In this document: one piece after another, positions 8,744-18,200 of the stretch
How positions within the stretch are numbered: the stretch's first letter is position 1
Layout of the letters: every line of letters starts with the position of its first letter
DNA from: a virus
Taxonomy: Duplodnaviria > Caudoviricetes
IMG/VR virus record: IMGVR_UViG_3300030099_005700
Span: 1 to 59,846 of that record
DNA length: 59,846 bases
Strand: one strand, 5' to 3'
Translations under genes and position numbers: made by a program
The notes under the pieces: generated by a model
Seen by the model: only the letters and a program-made list of their open reading frames with translations
Told to the model about the DNA's origin: nothing
The model's database searches: none

Positions 8744-8928
8744 TCTGATTCACTGTATCCTGAACCACGAATCTTGCCCCACGATTATGTGGCCAGCTAC
8801 CGATCCACTTGTAACCGGATTCTACTTCTGGCTACGTGATATGGGTAGTAACCACATAGTCGGGGCAGGTGGCAGTTACGTTAAGCTGTCCAAGGAAGCA
8901 GACGAATTGCTCTGCGACCACAGAGAGA

Positions 8929-8946
8929 CAGTCAAACGTTTGACTG
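8929..8946. promoter_or_regulatory. 18-bp palindrome CAGTCAAACGTTTGACTG
   Basis: Variant of the junction palindrome with symmetric substitutions, upstream of ATG 8971. Confidence 0.7.
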
Positions 8947-8970
8947 AAATACACAGACAAGAAAAGAAAC

Positions 8971-10284
8971 ATGACCGCAAAAGACAAGATCGCGAAAGCG
9001 AAGAACGTTATAGCGAATCATCACGACATCCTCATGCCAGCACTGGCTGCGCTAGAGGATATTATTGTTGAGAATGATCCGCTCCTCACGGCATGCACAA
9101 ACGGTGACCAAGTTAGATATGGTGCACAGTATGTGGATACGCTGAATATCCAACAGACAGTTGGGTTAATTGTTCATGAGGTATTGCACCCTCTACTGGA
9201 TCACCTCACACGATTGGCGAACCAGTTTGCAACAGACCCTCATCTCACCAACATTGGTGCAGACTACGAGATCAATAACTTCGTGACAATATACAATGAG
9301 GATGCTGCCTTCCCTATTGTGTTGCCTCCTGATGCTTATGTTGATGTCGAGAAGTATGGCACTCTGGCAGCAGAGGTTATTATCAGGAAGCTCTACGAGG
9401 ATAACCCACTCCCGCCGCCTCCACCTCCACCTCCACCCACTGATCCAGAAGGTGATCAGGACGGGCCTGAAGGTGATCAGGACGGGCCTGAAGGTGACAA
9501 GGAAGGCGACAAGGAAGGAGGCAGAGATGGCAGGGAAGGTAACAAGGAAGGCAAAGGTTCCGGCAACGGGCAACCACAACGCCAACCTTATTCTTCTGGT
9601 GAGTTTGAGCCAGCTAAGACTCCTGCCAAGGCGAAAGAGATTTCCGATAAGTGGAAGGAGATCTTGTCCAGCACCATTCAGACTGCGAAGTTACGTGGTA
9701 AGGGTGGGGGCAAGTTCATCCAGAAGCTTGAGGAATTGCTGGAGCCGCCCCTTGATCTGGAGGCTTGGTTGGATAAATACACCACTGAGTTCTGTTTGTC
9801 GGATGAATCAATCCGCGCAGACAAGCGTTACCTAGCTTATCATGATATCTGCATCACAGGTATGGAGGATGAGCAACATGGGACATTGGTATTCGTCAAG
9901 GACACCAGTGGTAGTATCAAAAGTGATATCCTTAACTCTGTCGTGAGCATTGTGCAAGGGGCTTCTAGCAAGCTCCGTCCCCGCCGCATCATTGTGATGG
10001 ATGTGGATGCAGAGGTGCAGCACGTTGAAGAGTTCGGGCCCAACGATGATATCCCCGCTGAAGCCAAGGGCAGAGGAGGCACAGACTTCCGACCTGCGTT
10101 TGACTTCATCGAAAACAATCTTGAGGAAGCACGAGTCATTATCTACTTCACTGATGGGTATGGCTACTTTCCTGAAGAAGAACCAAGTATCCCGACCTTG
10201 TGGGTAACATACGGTCTGGAAGATGATGGCTTCCCATTTGGTCAGGTAGTCAACATGAATGAACTGATTGACCAAGCAGTATAA
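8971..10284 (+). CDS. Metallopeptidase-VWA protein (DUF2201-like)
   Basis: TACTNG, HEVLH and ADYEIN in the N-terminal domain; DTSGS, GRGGTDF and YFTDGYG MIDAS motifs; Pro-rich and acidic linker. Confidence 0.88.
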   Translation: MTAKDKIAKAKNVIANHHDILMPALAALEDIIVENDPLLTACTNGDQVRYGAQYVDTLNIQQTVGLIVHEVLHPLLDHLTRLANQFATDPHLTNIGADYEINNFVTIYNEDAAFPIVLPPDAYVDVEKYGTLAAEVIIRKLYEDNPLPPPPPPPPPTDPEGDQDGPEGDQDGPEGDKEGDKEGGRDGREGNKEGKGSGNGQPQRQPYSSGEFEPAKTPAKAKEISDKWKEILSSTIQTAKLRGKGGGKFIQKLEELLEPPLDLEAWLDKYTTEFCLSDESIRADKRYLAYHDICITGMEDEQHGTLVFVKDTSGSIKSDILNSVVSIVQGASSKLRPRRIIVMDVDAEVQHVEEFGPNDDIPAEAKGRGGTDFRPAFDFIENNLEEARVIIYFTDGYGYFPEEEPSIPTLWVTYGLEDDGFPFGQVVNMNELIDQAV

Positions 10285-10302
10285 AAAAGAAAGGAAAACA
10301 AA

Positions 10303-11412
10303 ATGAAGATACAAACATTCTTCGAAAAACTAACGGACAATCCATACGGTAGATATGCCTGTTGTGCATTTCGCAGTATTGATGGTGTAATATTCGTGAA
10401 GCAAGAGGCGGGGACATTTGTTGAGGGTGTCGAAGACCCAAACGAGTTCCCTATCCTTGTTCAAAAACTGGCGTCGGAGACCGCGTATTCTGCGCTAGAA
10501 CCATACTGGATCATGGGCGCGGTTATTGAAAAGGATGTAATCCTCACTCACAGCTTGTTTGAAAACCACCGCACAATACGGAATGCATACTGGTCAAGTA
10601 TGTATCGCACTCAGTGGCGTTCCAAGATGGCAGAAAGCAGGGTGCATATTACAGTCAACAATGGGCAACCACCTATCCTGAAGCCACATACCCGTAAGCT
10701 CAGAAACAGATACAAGATGATCAGGGATGTCCTGTTGTCTGGCATAGCCCCGTCTGACGGGAGACATGTGAATGCAACAGAAGAGGAGCAATCTCTTCTT
10801 ATGTCTGATCTTGAGTGGTGGGATTGGGCTTGGGCTTGGGCAATCACAGATACCGCCAAGCGTGTATCAGATGCTAACAACAAGATTGCGTCCAGCCTTA
10901 CATCGGTCTCGTTTGACAACTTGACTAACCTCGAAACTAAACTGGAGGGTATCCGCGACAAGGTAGCGGCATCGGATTTCGATGCGGCTGAGAAATTGTT
11001 TACGCCTTTGAGGGATCAGGTTTCCAAATTGGATGGCCTACTAAATGAGGCTTACAATAAAATGACGGGGGCACAACACGGGCTGAATGTGAGCCGTATC
11101 CCCGACCAAGTATATCGCTTGGTTGTGGAAGACGATAAGAAGCAGCGATACCTTTTTCACGATGACTGGTACTTGGCAGGTAGAGTCACAACGAAAGGAG
11201 ACGAGAGCATCATTGAAGCATTTGAGTCCTTGTCAAATCTGTTCATCAGGATCGGCTTGCCAATCTCTGCGCCCTATGGGGTGCCAGTTTGCCCTGAGAA
11301 CATTGGTAAGCTAGCGGTCTTGAATGATACAGTCAGGGAAGTCATAATGACCTTGCCCCAAGAAGAGGCTGAAAAAGCTGAGGATGATCCTCAAAAACAA
11401 CTACTGGCGTAA
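10303..11412 (+). CDS. Hypothetical protein
   Basis: 369-aa ORF in the operon. Confidence 0.75.
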   Translation: MKIQTFFEKLTDNPYGRYACCAFRSIDGVIFVKQEAGTFVEGVEDPNEFPILVQKLASETAYSALEPYWIMGAVIEKDVILTHSLFENHRTIRNAYWSSMYRTQWRSKMAESRVHITVNNGQPPILKPHTRKLRNRYKMIRDVLLSGIAPSDGRHVNATEEEQSLLMSDLEWWDWAWAWAITDTAKRVSDANNKIASSLTSVSFDNLTNLETKLEGIRDKVAASDFDAAEKLFTPLRDQVSKLDGLLNEAYNKMTGAQHGLNVSRIPDQVYRLVVEDDKKQRYLFHDDWYLAGRVTTKGDESIIEAFESLSNLFIRIGLPISAPYGVPVCPENIGKLAVLNDTVREVIMTLPQEEAEKAEDDPQKQLLA

Positions 11413-11413
11413 T

Positions 11414-11671
11414 ATGAAAACAACTACCGAAATTCAAATAGGAGACTCCGTAGTTGAGATCAAGAGCCGTCGTGAAGACAACGCCTCTGGATGGTCAATC
11501 ATTACGTTTACCCCAACAGGTAGCTTCAGGTTTGTGCGACCTCACATCCCCAGAGTCCTGAACAGGTATGTAGATTCTATCGTAGCGTCGATAGATAAAC
11601 GTTTTTTGGATGACGAGTCAGTAGTCCAGAAAACAAAAGATGCTGTGCTATCCATCATTGATATTAAGTGA
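11414..11671 (+). CDS. Hypothetical protein
   Basis: Start revised to ATG 11414 (MKTTTE). Confidence 0.65.
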   Translation: MKTTTEIQIGDSVVEIKSRREDNASGWSIITFTPTGSFRFVRPHIPRVLNRYVDSIVASIDKRFLDDESVVQKTKDAVLSIIDIK

Positions 11672-11925
11672 TGAGACACTACGTGCAGATAGTAGAGCCG
11701 ATGGGTCTACCCATGCTTGTCGATGGTATGTTTGTCGAAAGCGAACTCGTTGAATGCCGTGCCCACCCCCTGATCGGGGGTGTGGTGCGGGATCAAATCG
11801 AGATGGAAGATGGGGAACCCCTGATGTTAGCAATGGTAGGTCTGCTTCAATCGGTACACGATGCGAGCAGCCAGATAGATCAAGAGACTGACCCAGACTC
11901 ACATGACCGTTGCCGACAAAACTGA
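11668..11925 (+). CDS. Hypothetical protein
   Basis: 85 aa, GTGA overlap. Confidence 0.6.
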   Translation: MMRHYVQIVEPMGLPMLVDGMFVESELVECRAHPLIGGVVRDQIEMEDGEPLMLAMVGLLQSVHDASSQIDQETDPDSHDRCRQN

Positions 11926-12226
11926 GGCGTTGCGTAAAGTCCTGATACGGTACAGCCGTAAGGATTGGGACTGGATATGCAATTATGGTCCTCAGACAAA
12001 ATGGTGTAAGCTGGGGCTCCTTATCGCTAAACGCGAACTAGGGATGACATGGCGGGAAGCTGGGGCCTGTTTCGGTTTGAAACCGGAACAGGCTTCCAGA
12101 GTCGCTCGTAAGTTTGAGGATAAGGTTTTTGAGGAACCCGCTCTTTTCGATATGATGACTAATCTATCGTTTCGAGTACTTGAATCCTTGGGCCAGACTT
12201 GCGGATCTCATCAAGAGCGATCCTAA
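11903..12226 (+). CDS. Putative HTH DNA-binding protein
   Basis: RELGMTWREAGACFGLKPEQASRVARK resembles a helix-turn-helix. Confidence 0.55.
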   Translation: MTVADKTEALRKVLIRYSRKDWDWICNYGPQTKWCKLGLLIAKRELGMTWREAGACFGLKPEQASRVARKFEDKVFEEPALFDMMTNLSFRVLESLGQTCGSHQERS

Positions 12227-15200
12227 GTCTTTGCTTGCCAACCACGCCATCAGGGGTAAGACCTATTACTTGTTCTATAAATGGTGTTGGTAACACATCT
12301 CTTTCTCTGCGCCCCCTGACAATATAAGACTGGCGTCTCTTGCCCATGCCTAAGGCCTTCTCACTCATAACTCTTCTCGCTTGTTGAGGCGTTAGGCCCA
12401 ACCCTTGTGCCCCTATGTAAGAACTGTAGATGCGCTGATCTACTTCGCGCCTTACCTTGATCCACTTGCGGATAGACCTGCGAATCTGCCCTTCGGACAA
12501 CTGCCCTTTCGATTTGAGTATATTGCGTAGGGAAGAAGCACGGTTTCGTTCGTCCCGCGCTCTTTGCAGGTACCGGAGATAGTGGGTCTCAGGATCATAC
12601 TTGTATGGCTTCACGGGGGTTATCTCTCCTATCAGAAGGGCCTTTGCTGATTTAGCAGGGTCAGGAGATGCTCCTGCATACAGAGCCTGATAAGCAGCTT
12701 GTGCTAATTTAGTAGGTGTCCTAGGGGCGTAAGCCTCTGAAAAGACGTAACCTAACTTCTTAGCAAAGCCCAAAGCTCCCTCTCCTTTCTCCGCTATTGG
12801 GCCTCCTGTGTCAGACCTCACATTCCTAGACACATCTACTACAGAACTAAGGAATATATTTTCATCCATGAATGTCTGCATCAAGCTCCCGAATGCTTCT
12901 TCAAATCCTCTTTCGGAATTACCTCTAAATGCATGCTCAGAGAAACGGAGCAGAGGGTCAACTCCGATAGCGAAAGGATTAACAAAAGTCATATCCCATG
13001 ACCTAAGCTCTTTACTCTTTATGCCTAGTAGGCTCTGAGGGTTATACCAGAAAGTATTAAATCTCTTATACTCTGGTGAAGACCCCCGTAGAAGTTCGTC
13101 TTCTTCTTCACCAACCCCTGCCAAGTGAGCGAGTAATGTTGGGAGACCGGCGCTCACTCCAAGGATAACAGTGGACACTCCACTTATGCGCCTTACGCCT
13201 CTTAACCTTACGACAGGGTTGGTGCTCTTCATCTCTTGTCTGGCTAACTTGTAAGTGTTTTCCAGTATGCGGAAGACTTCGGTTTTGAACCGCAAGAACG
13301 GGGTAACAACAGAAGCGTACTCACTCTTACCTATCTTCTCAACTAGGTGGTAAGCATCTGCATACGACTGTGATGTACGCCGAACTTTTTGGGCTGCAAG
13401 ATATTTAAGGTCGTAATCGGAGAGGCTCCGGTATCCTGCTGGCGCGTTCGCATCAATAGAATCTGTGTTGTTATCTATGTCCCACTGCTTTGCTTTCAAC
13501 AGGTTCTCTTTCTCCAGCTCGTAGTACCCGATCTTGTAGAAGGCATCAACCGATTGTGAAAGAGCCTGAAGTCTTTCCATGACAGGCTTTATTACTTTGT
13601 CTGAAAGCCCCTTCGATTTCTCAACGATCTTATTTAAAGATTCAATTTCTTTGAGAACAGAAGATACATTCTTGGGTTTCTTGAGCAGATCTCTAATCAA
13701 AGATGAATAAAGATCCTGCCCGATGACATTCAACCCCGTCAGCTCTGCATAATATTCATCAAAAGCCTTGGGGTCTTTTATTGCGCGACCGATAACTGTG
13801 GACCTCGTAGCTATTCTAGCCATAGACACAGGGCCAAAACCTTGGGCTGGCGCGAAGAAGAACAAGTTACCTAAAACGTTTCTCATGTAGAACGTTACAG
13901 ACCCTAACGTTTTAGCAGTAAGAGCGGCCCCAGTTAAGAGCCTAAGGCCTTCACCAAACGACGCTAGTTTCTGTTTAGAGGTAGACAAGTTAGACTCTGC
14001 AATATCTGGCGAGTACATACGTTTCAGATCATCAAACATATCCTCATGGATATAGTAATTATATGTTTGGTCGTATGTTGACTCCAGCTCTGTGGTCGCC
14101 TGCACTTTATCCCCATAAACGTATGCTTCCCCCGTCCGCATATTGACGTAGGACTCTGGATCTAGTTCAGGGCGGTTGGTTAGCTGTTCGTGGGTAAATA
14201 CGAATGCATCTTCATCGGTGTCACTTTTCGGAGCCCCTAGCTCTGCTAGGTTATTGAAGTAGGCCTGTTTAGCTGTCATCTCTGCAACAACAGTAAGTGA
14301 GCGTGCGAGATTATTTATTCCTTCTTCAGGGCCATAGACGCCCATTAGTTTCTGTAACGGGGGAGGGACTTGTTCCCTTCGTCTCAGGTTATTCAGCAAA
14401 GACCTGCCTACTCCTTTTGGTAGCCGGTAAGCTTCGCCTTTTGTCCGTTTCTCCATAGCCTTCAGATAGGTGGACATCATAGCGTGGATCGGATCCCGAC
14501 CTGTGTCTGAAGCCTGCTCTAGTTCTTGCTTTGATTTTTCCAACGACTCTTCTACAGTCATTGACTCACCTTCATTTCTCGCCTTCGCACGGATCTTCTT
14601 AGCTTGGGTCCTGATCCACTGCCGACGCATATACTCGTAGGCTTCAGTGAACGCTTCCGTTGTCTTATCGGACATAATCCTATCTCTGAACCCTTCCTCT
14701 TCAAAGACCCTGTACTGTCGTGTGAGATAAATGCCCACTTGGCTTTCTACTTTGGCCATTACTTTCCCTTCAAGGCCGAAGGTTTTTTTCATGACCAGAC
14801 TAAAGGCGTCGAGTAACAGGCGTAGCTCTAGTATAGATTCAGCTAGATCGGGAGCTATTTGTCGGATGTTTTCCTGTGCGGCATTTATATCTTTGCGTAC
14901 TTGTTCTTGTAGCCTCTCGCGTTCTTTACGCATAGGATCGACCACTAACTCTCTGTATTTAGCTTTGATATTTTCTCTAGTGAACTCAGTAGCTTCTGCG
15001 TCACCTGCCTCTACCTTTGCTTTTAAGTCTTTCCTCCATGACCAGTAAGACTCTCTAAGCTCTTGCCTGAAATCAGGGTCTACTATTACATTTTCGCTAC
15101 TACCCGTTGCTTTTGAAATAAGAGCCTCGTCTATTTGAGGATACCTCTCTCGTATTTTTTGGAAGGCAGCGATCTTAGCATTGCTAAGTTTTTCAGAAGC

Positions 15201-18200
15201 ATTGAGAAAGGCCTTCTCTTTCTTTTTTAACTCCGAAACTCTGGGGTCTGAATCCCCATATTTCATAGCCTTTAGCCCTTCGTAACCTTTATACTTCCCT
15301 TTAGAAAAGACCCCCACGGGCAGCTCTAAGGTGTCGAACATACCTTGGAACCGCGCAATAATGTCTTCAGGAGTGGTATTCTCATCGATATCATTGAGAG
15401 ACGCGTCAAACCGACGGGTTATAACATCAAATCCAGCATTAGGATCACGCGGGTCAAAGGGCATGTGTCTGGCGCGAGCGGCACCCCCATTGGCCAAGAA
15501 CCTAAGCTCATGGGCCATACGGTTAATCATAACCGCCAACTCTGGATTATCTTTTTTGAGGTTATACCTAGCGGACATCCTACGGAATACCCCTGCAATG
15601 TACCGGAGCATTATGCGGAGAGTGCTTGGGCTAGATTCGTAAAATGCAATATCTTCTTGGGTAGTGTACCCACGAGTCACCCTCTTCAAGACACTGAGTA
15701 ACTTCTCACCCATGACTTGCCGCATAGTCTCTAAATCGTTGTCAGCAATACCTTGTTTAAGGGCAGCGCGTAACTCAGGGTTGCGGGTATATTCGTCTAT
15801 AAACTCGTTGAATTCTGTTTCACTAAACGTGTCAATCAGAGTATCCAGTTCCGCAAGGGGGATTGCTTTGAACTCTGCTATGTGCCCCAGCTCTTCAGCA
15901 ATAATGGAATCCATGATGCCTTTAAGGTGCAACTCGTTCTCGACTATTGCACTCTTAGCAAACAAAGTTCTCACTAGATTCTCCCGAATCACATAAATGA
16001 CGGGGACTCTCTCCCCGTCTTTCTCAACTACCACAGAAGCGAATGCTTCGTCAGGCCTACCTGAAAAAATATCTGGGGCATCGGCGGCAGTATCTACCAT
16101 CGACACTGCAACAGAAGGAGGGATACTACTCAAAGACTCTTCTACAAGTGCTTGGATTTCGGCCTCCTGTTCAGGAGTCATTTCCCCAGCTTCAATCCCG
16201 CCTTCAGAGCCAAAAGGACTGAACCTCGCCCCAGAGGGGGAAGTCCGCATAAAGTCGAGTTTCAATACATTTCGATAGCGGGACCGAGCCCTATCAATCC
16301 TATTATCCATGTCACCGAAGGGCGTGGTCTGCCCTTCAGCGTTCCCAAGATTAACAAAGTCTATCAAATTATCAAAAGCCTCGCGGAATTTGGCGTCCGC
16401 TCTGACCCCAAACAAATCCAAAATAGCATCGGCTATGCGGCGGAACAGGCTACGTTGTTTATCTTTAGGCTGTGTGCTTTTAAGCGTTCTTTGAAAAGTG
16501 GCTGACGAGAAGAACGTCGCCACAAACTCGTCGAGACTCCCCATAGCATGGTCAAACTCCAGATTTTCTGAAGCTTCGTTTCGGGACTGGGAAGAGATCT
16601 TGAACAAACCTTCTAGTCTCTTCTTAGCCCCGCGTTGTTTGGGGGTAAGCTCAGATTCTGGCTTGGCTAGAAGATCTACAGTGAAGGCATGTATATATTC
16701 GTGGAGAAGGACGGACTCTACCCCTTGACCATAAAACCCCGACAAGTTTATGCTGACCATCTGGGAACCATCTTCAAAGGTGGTGTGGTTCCCCGCAGAC
16801 CCATCTGGCACATCATATATAGAGAACTTGACGCGAGAAAGAAGCTCTGGGTTTCGTAGCAAAAGTTCAGCTACCAACCGATGCTGCCTGTTACGACTGG
16901 ACTTCGCAATCTTCTGCAAAGCGTCGATTACTGAAGAAGGGTCACCAGATTTTAAGCCCAATCTACTTACCACACTTTGGTTTTTGCGGCGGTAGTAATT
17001 GAACTTCTTCCCAAGGAAAATTGAGGGGGCATGGTTTACACCCAGCTTCGCGAGAACTTCTCTAGCGATGTCGTTAGTAAGTTCTGCCTTTCGGGGGCTG
17101 AACATAGGAACATACGATCTAAATATGTTTATGACATTCCAGTTTTGTTTCATCAAGACCTCTTCGGAGGCCACAGCCTTATTTAGACGCGCTACAAAAT
17201 CTGATGTTCTGTGGTTGACTCTAGCGACATTAAGGAGATGCTCAAAAATACGAGCGGGTTGGGTTTGTTCAAGAACATGGGGAGGGGCAGAATCGCCTTC
17301 AACGGCTACGACGACGCGCTTCAGCGCATCAGTAAAAAGGTTTTGTTCCCTAATAGTGTTGGGTCCGCGTGCCCTTAAGTAGTTCCTTACGTCTACCCGC
17401 ACAGACTCCACCGCATTCTCCATGTCAGCGGCATCGAGCATTGTGGCCTCCCGCCAAAGAGACTGGACTTCTTCTCCAGTAAGGTTCTCAACACCGAATT
17501 CTTGAATTTCAGGAATCGGCAGATCCTCTTTGTCTATATCTTGTTCAGCAGCTAGGTCTTGCTGATCAGCCTCAAATTCAGTTACAGTTTGTGAGGCGTC
17601 GAAAGAAATATTGGTGACATCTGGGAACAGGAGTGCCCGCCGACTAATAAGCCTCTGCCGAGCCCTATTACCTGCATCGCGAATTATAGCGTAAAGATCA
17701 ATTGTATCACCCTTAAGGTATTTTATATTGTCTCGTGCTTCTTTAGCAAAATATTGACGAATAGTTATTTCTGCCCAGTTATCAGCAAGAGTTCTAGAAG
17801 TAGGGGTGGTTGTAATTATAGGCCTGTCTTTACTATCAGGAAACCCATATTTCAGTAAGAAGGCCGCTTTGCTTTCGAGGCTGTTCGCGTCCTCTACGAC
17901 CAACCCGTCCTCCATCCGTCGGACTGGCACAGGGTTAGCAAACCTAGGAGGGGTATATGACACTATCTCTTCGAGATGCATATGCCCAGCTAGCGTTTCC
18001 GTTTCTATTTCAGGGTCAAGCTCAAGGACATCAAATGACTTCTCCCCTTCTGCAACTGTCCTCGTTCTAAGAGAACGGGAACCATAACCGGGGGCTAGCA
18101 TCGCTTTATGGAGGATTGTGTAAACTTCAGCTAAAGCCATAGCTCTAGCTGTTGTGTACTCCTCAAAGGAGACACCAGCTCCTTCACGGAAGGCCTTTAC

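Noticed and set aside
8712-9071. 119-aa ORF between the AAA and VWA genes
   Set aside because: Overlaps both neighbours and reads through the palindrome and leader; probably spurious, though not excluded.
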